Notes under the pieces: generated by a model | What the model saw: only the letters and a program-made list of their open reading frames with translations | Databases searched by the model: none | What the model was told of the DNA's origin: nothing | Assembly: GCA_016196925.1 (NCBI GenBank) | Contig: JACPWS010000066.1 | Coordinates: 1-28,136, forward strand | Length of the DNA stretch: 28,136 nucleotides | Direction: 5' to 3' | Source of the DNA: Burkholderiales bacterium | GTDB taxonomy: Bacteria; Pseudomonadota; Gammaproteobacteria; Burkholderiales; Burkholderiaceae_D | Part shown: positions 1-8,511 of the stretch, one piece after another | How positions within the stretch are numbered: position 1 is the stretch's first letter | Layout: each line of letters opens with the position of its first letter | Translations under genes and position numbers: made by a program

Positions 1-61
1 CAATAAATGCTGGCAGGCGACCAATTATAATTGCTATAAAATCATATCTATAGATAACCAG

Positions 62-325
62 TTATTTCCCGTTAGCCCGTTCTAATTTACGAGTGGCGTC
101 ATGCAAGTTATCAACTGATCTGTTAAAATCAGCAACTTCCCGCTTATTTGTGCTGAACACTGCGTCCATTGCGAAGAAAAGCGTAACGAGAATAATTCCA
201 ACTAAAACAATATTGGTCAGAATATTTCGGCCTTTAGCTTTGGTCATTTCACATCCGCATTTAGGACAAGCTGCTGCCTTATCACTTATCTCCGCACCAC
301 ATTCTTTGCATTTTATTAGTGCCAT
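62..325 (-). CDS. small zinc-ribbon membrane protein (hypothetical)
   Basis: 87-aa ORF. N-terminal CxxC...CxxC (KCKECG...CPKCGC) is followed by one hydrophobic helix (ILTNIVLVGIILVTLFFAM). Lies in the AT-rich island. Confidence 0.55.
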   Translation of the reverse strand: MALIKCKECGAEISDKAAACPKCGCEMTKAKGRNILTNIVLVGIILVTLFFAMDAVFSTNKREVADFNRSVDNLHDATRKLERANGK

Positions 326-409
326 TTTAATCTCTCAATATAAACACGCGGCGCACCAGCTGATTTATTCTAAATCGGTTGCAAATTATTTAAACGCCCT
401 CTTATTTAA

Positions 410-700
410 TTAAATTGTTTTGAGTACCTCAGCGCGGGATCTAAAACATTCGGCGGTATCAGCTGCGGGGATGCATTCTTTTGTAATTTCCAAAAGTTTA
501 TCCTTATAATATTGTTTATCATGTTTGGGATTGATTATGACCAAATTGCCAGCTGTTTCGTCCATGCTACCCGCCAGTTGCCGAATTGCCTCTGCCTGTT
601 CAGGCGTCTGAGCAGTTGAGTTTTGATTATTGCAAGCAGTCAAAAAAATGGTCCCCAACATTAACAGAACACATTTTGATTTAGCAGAAAAATTCTTCAT
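410..700 (-). CDS. putative lipoprotein (hypothetical)
   Basis: 96-aa ORF with a signal peptide and lipobox (LMLGTIFLTAC). Same strand and immediately upstream of the zinc-ribbon ORF. Confidence 0.55.
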   Translation of the reverse strand: MKNFSAKSKCVLLMLGTIFLTACNNQNSTAQTPEQAEAIRQLAGSMDETAGNLVIINPKHDKQYYKDKLLEITKECIPAADTAECFRSRAEVLKTI

Positions 701-931
701 ATCATCCCTGTAGTTTTAGTTTAAAGTGAAAGAGAAATGTGGCGCCGTGTGAACATTATCTAAAATCCGAGTCTGAAATCAATCGTTTGATGTGTCAGAT
801 TTAAATTTTACCACTAGTTCACTGAAAGATTAGCCAATTGGTTTGGCTGCGGCGACCACCTGTCGCTGGGCGGCCTTCAATTTGATTCTTGCCTGAGCTG
901 ACTTGGCCTGCTGCGGCGCACCTAGTTGTGG

Positions 932-1177
932 TCAGTGTCTTTGCTGTAAACTCGGCAGTTGCAATGTCTGAACGGCCTTTGCTTTCTTCTGCGTATCGCG
1001 CTCTGCTTTTAAGCGATCACCCGCCGCGTCCGCCGTTGTCTTCAACGCATTCAATCGTGTCTTGTCAGCAGTTGCTTTGGCAGACGCCAGTGTGGTGGTC
1101 GCTGGTGCTTTTGGCGCTGCTATCGTTTGCGGTCTGGCTGGCGTGTCCAGCCCTTCAGTGATTTCTTTGATTTTCAT
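932..1177 (-). CDS. hypothetical Ala/Lys/Thr-rich protein
   Basis: Start chosen at MKIKEITEGL because AGGGGGA lies about 6 nt upstream. Low-complexity, coiled-coil-like sequence. Ends at an in-frame TGA that is followed by 33 more sense codons (see findings). Confidence 0.4.
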   Translation of the reverse strand: MKIKEITEGLDTPARPQTIAAPKAPATTTLASAKATADKTRLNALKTTADAAGDRLKAERDTQKKAKAVQTLQLPSLQQRH

Positions 1178-1241
1178 GCTTTTCCCCCTGCATGTATTTA
1201 TCGACACGCAAGGGGATGCGGGCAGCAGTAATACGAAAGTA

Positions 1242-1688
1242 TTATTTTTTAAAATTCAATTTGACCGCGCCGCAGATCGTTTCGATCTGCGTGTCCAGTT
1301 CACCGTCCAGTACCAGCTTCCGCAACGCTTCCAGCGTCGCCAGCAAGTCGCTGGCCTTGTCCAGTTCCACCGCTGTTGCGCCTTTCGCGTTCAGCGGGAT
1401 GACCTTCGCGCCGTAGCGCACGGACACGCAGCATTTCCCGCTGCTGCCGTCAGTGAACCACCACTCCTTCAACTTCTTTGCCACTTCGACTGTCGCGCTT
1501 TCACCAGTTGCCGCGTTTTTCGTCGTTCGCATTTTGGTTGGTGCATAGGTCTTGCCGTCCTGCTTTGCCGTTGCCATTGCGATCTGCTCAAAAATTCGAT
1601 CTGCGATTTTTTGGCGGCGCATGACGATGGGTGGCATTTGCGCTGGACGCTTTGCGGTGACCAGCTTGAGCTTTGCGAGTGCAGACAT
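1242..1688 (-). CDS. hypothetical island protein
   Basis: 148-aa ORF with a GGAG about 8 nt upstream of the ATG. From memory it resembles a conserved family of roughly 150-aa island proteins (possibly DUF6641-like); this is unverified. Confidence 0.5.
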   Translation of the reverse strand: MSALAKLKLVTAKRPAQMPPIVMRRQKIADRIFEQIAMATAKQDGKTYAPTKMRTTKNAATGESATVEVAKKLKEWWFTDGSSGKCCVSVRYGAKVIPLNAKGATAVELDKASDLLATLEALRKLVLDGELDTQIETICGAVKLNFKK

Positions 1689-1853
1689 TGAATTTCTCCG
1701 TCAAGTTGTTTGTATGTCTTCACTCTAATGTCGGTCATTCAGAAATACGACCGAACTTTCATTGATCAAATTGATTTCATCGAAATTCGCATAGATCACC
1801 AAATTTCAGGCAATTTTTTATTTGATATTGTTTGGTGATGGCTAAATACTTTT

Positions 1854-2177
1854 ATGAAAAACACAGATTCTCTTGCCGATACCTGGCTAAAAAAACGCGG
1901 TCTGAATGTGCATACCTTTAGCACAACGAGGATAGAAATTGTCCGAGCACAGATGGTGGCCAAGCTACTGTTGAGCGATTATGGTAAGTATTTGAGCACC
2001 GATCAAATCGAAGCGCTGCATGAATTCCAACGCACTGCTGCAAACGGCAAGAAGGTTGTCAAAATAACAGACGGCGTGTGTTTCAAAATTATGAACATGA
2101 TGACTGCTGTGAATCGGAAAATTTTTATGCAACATCGAAAATTGGCAAAGCGATCCAATCGCCCAGTAGCCCAGTAA
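1854..2177 (+). CDS. hypothetical protein
   Basis: 107-aa ORF and the only plausible one in this interval. No clear SD and no recognisable motifs. Confidence 0.35.
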   Translation: MKNTDSLADTWLKKRGLNVHTFSTTRIEIVRAQMVAKLLLSDYGKYLSTDQIEALHEFQRTAANGKKVVKITDGVCFKIMNMMTAVNRKIFMQHRKLAKRSNRPVAQ

Positions 2178-2777
2178 GGAAGTTAGCAGTACAGGAAGAC
2201 ACGGAGATAAGCCACTTCAACAAAGGGCAAAAACGCGGGGTGAAATATGACGGCTAATGCCCCCGCACTTGCTACAGATCGCTGTAAAGAGCTGTAGCGT
2301 ACAGGTGAGCGCCGCTGAGTTGCTGCCATGCAAGCCAATGCAGAAGCAGATTGCAAGTTCCAATACGATCGTCTTGCGTAAAACTCATTTACAGTTGTGA
2401 GCGATGGACAATGTCTTTTCGAGCGCAAAGCGACGGTACCAATGTTCATTTTTTTAAAAGAAAATGCGCATAGCCGTCGCTTGCTCCAAACAATGGCCCC
2501 AATAAAAATAATTCAAAGCGCAGTGGGGCGGAAAGCAGAAAAGCGAAGTAACCGTGCAGAGCTAAGTGAGGGAGCGAACGCGAGCGAACATAGCGATAGC
2601 ACAAGCGAACGGCGTTCGCTTCCAACTCAGAAATCAATTCTGGCCTCCGCAAGCACTCAACAATGTTGCAGATCACGCGCAGGCGCTGCGGAATGCAAGA
2701 ACACAGCGCAATGCGGCAATCAAAAAATAAAAGCGTCTGCGGCGCTGTCGTCGATAAATATCTGGTGCAAATAAATT

Positions 2778-2807
2778 CACCAAACATTATTGCACTTATG
2801 TTTGGTG
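2778..2807. repeat. perfect 10-bp inverted repeat (CACCAAACAT-N10-ATGTTTGGTG) upstream of the short recombinase gene
   Basis: Read directly from the sequence: arms at 2778-2787 and 2798-2807. Confidence 0.8.
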
Positions 2808-2913
2808 CTTCGTAAATATTCAAAGCGAAACTGCGTGAAATTATTTGGCCGACTTTTGGCAGATAAGACGGCACAATTGAATACACGAATTTATTTGGTA
2901 AAGGGGAAATAAA

Positions 2914-3480
2914 ATGTCACAAGCTAAATGCTTAACAGCAACTGAAATCGAACAGGTTCTTGCATACGTCGCAACGCGGCGATTTGCGTTACGCAATCGG
3001 GTCATGTTCTTAACCAGCACGCTTTGCGGGATGCGCGTCGGTGAAATTGCCAGCTTGAAAATTGGCGACGTGCTGAACGCAGATGGCGTGGTGAAAGATT
3101 TCGTGCATTTGACGGTAGCCCAAACAAAGGGGCGACATCCACGCACGGTATTATTGCCGCAAAAATTGCAGGCTGAGATTCAGCGCTACATGGACATTCG
3201 GCGCGTCTCTGACTTTTCCCATCCGTTGTTCGTAACTGCTGGCGGGAAAGCATTTAGCGCGAATGTGATGGCGCAGCACTTTTTTTGGCAATATCGGAAA
3301 TGCGGCATTGTCGGCGCAAGCTCACACAGTGGTCGGCGCTCATTTTTGACTACGTTGGCAAATAAAGGCATTTCGATTCATATTCTCGCAAGTCTTGCCG
3401 GCCATAGATCGGTAAACGTTACGATGAAATATCTGACCGCAAATGACGAGATGAAGCGCAATGCTGTGAATTTAATTTAA
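2914..3480 (+). CDS. short tyrosine recombinase (phage-integrase catalytic domain only)
   Basis: 188 aa with an AGGGGA SD 7 nt upstream. Catalytic signature is present: GMRVGE (Arg), TKGRHPR (Lys), HSGRRS (His-x-x-Arg), GHRSV (His), MKYL (Tyr). There is no N-terminal core-binding domain. Confidence 0.8.
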   Translation: MSQAKCLTATEIEQVLAYVATRRFALRNRVMFLTSTLCGMRVGEIASLKIGDVLNADGVVKDFVHLTVAQTKGRHPRTVLLPQKLQAEIQRYMDIRRVSDFSHPLFVTAGGKAFSANVMAQHFFWQYRKCGIVGASSHSGRRSFLTTLANKGISIHILASLAGHRSVNVTMKYLTANDEMKRNAVNLI

Positions 3481-3561
3481 GGGCTGATTGACCAGTAACC
3501 AGTGGTGACCAGTTGCCAACTAATTTATGGTCGCCAGAGATATTTTGGTAGGGGTTTAATC

Positions 3562-3680
3562 GCAAATAGACGTAAAAAAAGCGCACATCGCGCCTACTCT
3601 TTATCCTAATCCGCCGACGCCAGTCATCAGTCTCCACCCGTCAGCAGTCACGCTTGTGCGGAATATTTACGTCTATTTGC
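3562..3680. repeat. 15-bp perfect inverted repeat pair (GCAAATAGACGTAAA / TTTACGTCTATTTGC) flanking 89 bp
   Basis: Arms at 3562-3576 and 3666-3680, between two convergent island genes. Confidence 0.8.
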
Positions 3681-3691
3681 AAAAATCAATC

Positions 3692-4321
3692 TCACCCGCT
3701 TTTTCTCAATTTAGCCAACTTTCCTGCCAAACTCGCGCCCGTCAATTCATCCAGCTTTGCAACTGGATTTTCTATCCAATAAATGGCGTTTCGCAGTACA
3801 GCCATTTTGACGTCAGCCTTGCTCTTCTTTTGTGCTGCGCCAATACACACCATGTATTTTGAACGCGATGTGACGATGCGTGGCATGCCAACCCGATCAA
3901 TGCTAATTTTCGATCCCGCACCAAAATCCAAATCTCTGTCGAACCATATTGCCAGGCTCCCGTCGCTGCTAATTATTTCCCGCAAGTACTCCCACGCCTT
4001 TTCGTATTTTGATTCCGAAAGCTCACGCAATCGCTGTGCTGTGCTTTTACCGCTCGTGTGCTTGCTGCGCTTTGCTGGCACGCTATTTCCGTCTGCTCTA
4101 TTTTCATCAAAGTCACCTGCATGCAGCAGTTCTTCATAACGCTTAATTTCGTCAGGCTTCGCTTCGAATATCTTTCGTTGGTCAAGTTCTCGCTGCCATA
4201 GATCTTCATATTCAGCTACGCCGTCCTTGCCAACCGCACCTTCAAAATCTCGCATGCTAACCGCTCCATTAGCCGCCATTTTTGCGAGCAAATTCTTAAG
4301 TCGTAACAAGTCGCGCATCAT
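3692..4321 (-). CDS. hypothetical protein co-transcribed with the integrase
   Basis: 209-aa ORF. Its ATG overlaps the integrase TGA (ATGA, 4318-4321), indicating translational coupling. No recognisable domain. Confidence 0.55.
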   Translation of the reverse strand: MMRDLLRLKNLLAKMAANGAVSMRDFEGAVGKDGVAEYEDLWQRELDQRKIFEAKPDEIKRYEELLHAGDFDENRADGNSVPAKRSKHTSGKSTAQRLRELSESKYEKAWEYLREIISSDGSLAIWFDRDLDFGAGSKISIDRVGMPRIVTSRSKYMVCIGAAQKKSKADVKMAVLRNAIYWIENPVAKLDELTGASLAGKLAKLRKSG

Positions 4322-5574
4322 GCCGTAGCCTTCTTCTTGCCCATCTTCGGTCCAGCGATCACATCAGCTTTCATTGCTGGCGTAATGTGGCCGTAGTGCT
4401 TTTCGATCATGCCAACGCTGGTTCCCATTTGCTTTGCCAGCGTTTCGATTGGCATGCTGTCTTGCAGCAGCGCGAAGTGGGCGTATGTGTGCCGCAGGCT
4501 GTACAGGGTGCGCTTTTCTTTCACGCCTTTGTCTTTGTCCAAGCCACTGTCGCGCATCAAATTTCTAAACGTGCCGTTCAACGATTTTGTTGTCTCGCCC
4601 GTTTGCAGCCGAAAAATAAAGGTATCCAGTTTCCGTTTAAGCAGCGCATCAAACTCAAGCTTTTTCAGATCGTCAAAACGGTCTTTGATGCGTTTCAAAT
4701 AGTCTTCCGCATTGTGCCGCGCAATCAGCGTGCGCTTGCCTGTCTTGCCATCTACGGTAAATTGTAGATACCGTTCGCCGCCCTTCAAAATCCATTCAAC
4801 ATCGCGCCACTTCATGTTCAATGATTCTGTGCCATGCCGCATCCCCGTGTTCGCCAGAATCAGTACGTAGTCTCGCAACAGCTCGCGCATGTGCACGGTC
4901 TTTTCCATGTGCCCCTTCTTCGCCCACGCCGTCATGTAGCTTGTCAGCTTGTTGTACTCGGCCAAGCTGAACGCCTCGCGCGGTGTCCCCTTCGCGCCAT
5001 TATTTTTCATCTTAGGCACTTGCGACTGTGCCAGCCAGCCGCGCTCAACGGCAGCGTCAAAAACGCGGTTTAGCGCAGATGTGTGCGTGGTAATTGTGCT
5101 GGCGACTGGTGCATGCCCCATTTCCTTCGTGCGCCATGCATCAAACGATTTAAGATGCTCGTATCCTATCGTGTTGATGTTGTACTTGCCAAAGTAGGGC
5201 ACGAGGTAGCGATTGATGGCGCCGATGTAGCTGTGGTAAACGCTCTTGCCAACACCGCTGTCGAGTTGCTTCTGCATTTCGTCCGAAGCCAGCTTGGCCA
5301 CATCGTTAAAGCGCCTGCTGCTAACTGGCAGATTTTCTTCGCGTAAAAAGCGGGCTTTGTCATACGCAGCACAGGCAAACGTCTTTGCATATTCCAAATT
5401 GCGCTGCTTGGTGCTGATGCGATGCCATTTCTCGTCGTTCAGCTTAAAGCGTGTTTGCCAGCGTTGGCTTCCGACGCGCTTGTAGAGCACAACTTCGCCA
5501 TCGCGTGCGTAGACAAGCTCGTATTCAGCGCTTTGCTTTGGGAGTTGGAGTGTTTTGGCAGCAGTTTTGGACAT
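4318..5574 (-). CDS. int: tyrosine-type site-specific integrase (island integrase)
   Basis: 418 aa. Motifs: ANTGMRHGT (Arg), YSLRHTYAH (His-x-x-Arg region), IEKHYGH (Tyr). Its start lies 112 bp from the 3' end of tRNA-Phe. Confidence 0.9.
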   Translation of the reverse strand: MSKTAAKTLQLPKQSAEYELVYARDGEVVLYKRVGSQRWQTRFKLNDEKWHRISTKQRNLEYAKTFACAAYDKARFLREENLPVSSRRFNDVAKLASDEMQKQLDSGVGKSVYHSYIGAINRYLVPYFGKYNINTIGYEHLKSFDAWRTKEMGHAPVASTITTHTSALNRVFDAAVERGWLAQSQVPKMKNNGAKGTPREAFSLAEYNKLTSYMTAWAKKGHMEKTVHMRELLRDYVLILANTGMRHGTESLNMKWRDVEWILKGGERYLQFTVDGKTGKRTLIARHNAEDYLKRIKDRFDDLKKLEFDALLKRKLDTFIFRLQTGETTKSLNGTFRNLMRDSGLDKDKGVKEKRTLYSLRHTYAHFALLQDSMPIETLAKQMGTSVGMIEKHYGHITPAMKADVIAGPKMGKKKATA

Positions 5575-5685
5575 TTAGCAGCACACTTGAAATAGTAGAT
5601 TTCAGTGTAGCAGCGAAACTAAAACTGTGCGATGACTGTGTTACAGAAAAGCGTAGCACACTTTCATGCGCTACGCCCCGTAATA

Positions 5686-5761
5686 TGGTGGCCCGGGGCG
5701 GAATCGAACCACCGACACAAGGATTTTCAATCCTCTGCTCTACCGACTGAGCTACCAGGCC
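5686..5761 (-). tRNA. tRNA-Phe (GAA)
   Basis: The reverse complement GGCCTGGTAGCTCAGTCGGTAGAGCAGAGGATTGAAAATCCTCGTGTCGGTGGTTCGATTCCGCCCCGGGCCACCA folds as a 76-nt cloverleaf. Anticodon loop is TTGAAAA. Near-identical to E. coli tRNA-Phe. Confidence 0.92.
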
Positions 5762-5912
5762 AAGACGAAGAATTATAGCGAGGCGGCTGCGGATTTGCAA
5801 ATGTTTTTTGAGACGGGGATATCGAAATCCTTATTTCCAGTCGTGGCCGAGGGCCATTCCGCCCCGGGAGGCTGCCGTATAATGGCGGGACTCATCGTTC
5901 CTTTATTGAAGA

Positions 5913-7118
5913 ATGCGCGTATTTATGGCGAACCAGACTCAGCATAGTGATATTTGCATCGTTGGCAACGGCGCGGTCGGCAAGGCGGCGGCGCTCGGCC
6001 TGACGCAGGCGGGATTGAAGGTGACTTTGTTGTGCCCGGCCGCCGCGCCAGTCGCCGCGTCGGATCACTGGGATGTCCGGGTGTATGCTTTGAATCATGT
6101 GGCGCATGACCTATTATCTTCATTGAGGGTGTGGGATGCGCTGGATGCCGGACGGGTGGCGCCGGTGGCGGCGATGCAGGTGCACGGCGGCCATGCCGCG
6201 GATGCGGGGAAGTTGGGCTTCGATGCGTATGGCGCCTGCATAGAAGAGCTGGCCTGGATAGTCGAAGATCGCAATTTGAACCGCGCGCTGGATACGGCGA
6301 TGAAGTTCGCGCAAAACCTGAACGTGCTGCACGGCCGCGCACAAGCCTTGCAATTACAAGAGGATAGCGCACTGGTTCGGCTCGATGACGGTACGGCGCT
6401 CCGCGCTACGCTGGTGATCGGGGCCGATGGCGCGCAATCCTGGGTGCGTGCGCAATGCGACATCGGGCTCGATTACCGTTCTTACGGGCAAAAAGGGGTA
6501 GTGGCGAATTTCGCCTGCGAAAAGCCGCATCGCGGCGTGGCGCAGCAATGGTTTGTCGGCGAGCAGGGCATCATTGCGCTGCTGCCTTTGCCGGGGCAGC
6601 GCGTGTCGCTGGTGTGGTCGGCGCCGGATGCGCTGGCGGCGCAATTGCTGCGCGAACCCTTGCCGGCGCTGGCGGCCCGTTTGGAGGAATATTGCCTCGC
6701 CAGTCTGGGGCATCTGAGCGCGCTCGTGCCGGAAGAGATCAAGGCGTTTCCGCTCACGCTGATGCATCCGCACAGTACGATAGCGCCGCGCGTGGCCCTG
6801 GTCGGCGATGCGGCGCATGTGGTCCACCCTTTGGCGGGGCATGGCATGAACCTGGGATTCGGGGATGTCGCCTGCCTGCTCGATCTGGTCAGGCGGCGGG
6901 AAGCGTATCGGGATTGCGGCGACAGTCGCGTGCTGGAACGTTATCGCCGCGCGCGCAAGGAGCAGGTGATGTTGATGCAGCTGACTACCGATGGCCTGGC
7001 GCGCTTGTTCGCTTCCGAGCTGGCGCCGTTGCGGCTGGCGCGCAATCTGGGCTTGAACTTGCTCGATCGTTTGCCGGTCATAAAGGGGAAGTTGATCTCG
7101 CATGCAATGGGCAAGTAA
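5913..7118 (+). CDS. UbiH/UbiF/VisC/COQ6-family FAD-dependent monooxygenase
   Basis: Motifs: GxGxxG (IVGNGAVGKAAA), GADGAQSWVR, GDAAHVVHPLAGHGMNLG. An alternative start is at 5925 (MANQ). Confidence 0.85.
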   Translation: MRVFMANQTQHSDICIVGNGAVGKAAALGLTQAGLKVTLLCPAAAPVAASDHWDVRVYALNHVAHDLLSSLRVWDALDAGRVAPVAAMQVHGGHAADAGKLGFDAYGACIEELAWIVEDRNLNRALDTAMKFAQNLNVLHGRAQALQLQEDSALVRLDDGTALRATLVIGADGAQSWVRAQCDIGLDYRSYGQKGVVANFACEKPHRGVAQQWFVGEQGIIALLPLPGQRVSLVWSAPDALAAQLLREPLPALAARLEEYCLASLGHLSALVPEEIKAFPLTLMHPHSTIAPRVALVGDAAHVVHPLAGHGMNLGFGDVACLLDLVRRREAYRDCGDSRVLERYRRARKEQVMLMQLTTDGLARLFASELAPLRLARNLGLNLLDRLPVIKGKLISHAMGK

Positions 7119-7166
7119 GCGCTCATAGTGCGATGGGCGGACCGTCTATTTTACTGAAAGTAATAT

Positions 7167-7898
7167 ATGAAATTTAAACAATATTCGCTCGCGCTCTGCG
7201 TGAGTTTGCCGGCACTGGTATTGGCCGAGACCGCGCAGGAAGCCGCTGTCAAAAAATTGGTCGAACCGCGTCTGGGCGAGGGCGTCAAAGTCGACGCGGT
7301 GACCAAGACCCCGTACTCGGGCTTGTTTGAAGTGCGGGCCGGCTCCGACATCATCTATACCGACGAAAAGGCGCAATACCTGTTTGTCGGCAATGTGTTC
7401 GACACCAAGACCGGCGCCAACTACACCAAGGCCAGGGTGGATGAAATCAACAAGATTAAATTCTCCGATCTGCCGCTGGAATCTGCCCTGAAAATGGTCA
7501 AGGGTGACGGCAAGCGCGTGATTGCCGTGTTTGAAGACCCGAATTGCGGTTACTGCAAGCGCTTCCGTAAGACGCTGGCCGGCATGGACAATATTACGGT
7601 GTACACCTTCATGTATAACATCTTGTCGGAAGATTCCACGACCAAATCCAAGAACATCTGGTGTTCCGCCGACCGCAACAAGGCATGGGATGAGTGGATG
7701 GTGAACGGCAAAATGGCGCCGGTTGCGCCCGCCAATTGCGCGACGCCGAACGAAAAGGTTCTGGCGCTGGGCCAGAAATTGCGGGTGAACGGCACGCCGG
7801 CCATCTTCTTTACCGATGGTTCGCGCATTCCAGGCGCTATCGATGCCAAGGGTCTGGAAGAGAAATTCAACTCGCTGGCCGGCGCCAAGGCGCGTTAA
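7167..7898 (+). CDS. dsbC: DsbC-family thiol:disulfide interchange protein
   Basis: Signal peptide (LCVSLPALVLA), thioredoxin-fold CGYC active site, and GTPAIFF near the cis-Pro region. Confidence 0.8.
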   Translation: MKFKQYSLALCVSLPALVLAETAQEAAVKKLVEPRLGEGVKVDAVTKTPYSGLFEVRAGSDIIYTDEKAQYLFVGNVFDTKTGANYTKARVDEINKIKFSDLPLESALKMVKGDGKRVIAVFEDPNCGYCKRFRKTLAGMDNITVYTFMYNILSEDSTTKSKNIWCSADRNKAWDEWMVNGKMAPVAPANCATPNEKVLALGQKLRVNGTPAIFFTDGSRIPGAIDAKGLEEKFNSLAGAKAR

Positions 7899-8143
7899 GC
7901 AGCGGCTCCGCTCCCCGCCCATACCGTGCCCGCGCAAGCAACGGCCCGTTCTGCCGGCGCTGTCGGTATTCGCTATCGCTGGCTGCATCCTGCGGCAGAT
8001 GGCGCTCTAAACGCTAGAATTCGCCTTGGCCGGGTGAAATTACTGGGGGGAGTATATATATTCACCCCTTTAAATTCGCTGACAACAGCGTGATTTTGCT
8101 TGATACTCCCAAAAAAATACCAATTTCAGGAAGATTTGAGGTG

Positions 8144-8314
8144 ACTATTCAGCCGCTATGAAGAAGAATAAAAAATCAAACATCTCAACACAGAGACACA
8201 GAGGTACAACAAAGACAGAGAAAAGTAAATTTACCGCTACTCTCCTGATTTTCTCCGGGTCTCTGTGCCTCTGTGTTGAGGGGTTTTGAGCTTTTTCATA
8301 GCGGCTGAATAGTT
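8144..8314. repeat. about 170-bp palindromic MITE-like element
   Basis: 19-bp perfect terminal inverted repeats (ACTATTCAGCCGCTATGAA at 8144-8162, complement at 8296-8314). Inner inverted repeat CTCAACACAGAG[A/G]CACAGAG at 8184-8203 and 8261-8280. AT-rich relative to its flanks. Confidence 0.7.
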
Positions 8315-8413
8315 ACGATTTAAGACGCATTGAGGAGGTGCGGGCGAGGTTCGTGCGCGCTCGGGATGGCTGTCGTTCGCGCCGTTTGCCCGATTTTTGC
8401 GCTATACTTCAGC

Positions 8414-8482
8414 CCTTCCAAGGAGCGCTGCGACCGGATCTCGCTATCCTGCCAGGCTTGGAATCAGACAACCGCGCTCACG
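8414..8482 (+). promoter_or_regulatory. SAH riboswitch (S-adenosylhomocysteine-responsive leader of ahcY)
   Basis: AGGAGCGCUGCGAC ... GCCAGGCUUGG ... AACCGCGCUCAC matches the remembered SAH-element consensus. Pseudoknot pairings: TTCCAAG (8416-8422) with CTTGGAA (8457-8463), and GAGCGC (8423-8428) with GCGCTC (8474-8479). Located directly 5' of ahcY. Confidence 0.75.
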
Positions 8483-8511
8483 TTACTTTTTTCACTAGAA
8501 AGGAGGGCGTG

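Noticed and set aside
2397-2886. ORFs of 125 aa (+) and 146 aa (-) in the island gap.
   Set aside because: No SD, low-complexity or Cys/Leu-rich translations, and mutual overlap. I treat the region as non-coding (see finding).
5525-5800. 91-aa and 99-aa ORFs overlapping the tRNA-Phe gene.
   Set aside because: They are explained by the tRNA itself and have no coding features.
8338-8511. 5' extension of the ahcY ORF (58 codons from a GTG/ATG-like start).
   Set aside because: The extension covers the SAH riboswitch. The ATG at 8512 has a strong AAGGAGG SD and gives the canonical AhcY N-terminus.
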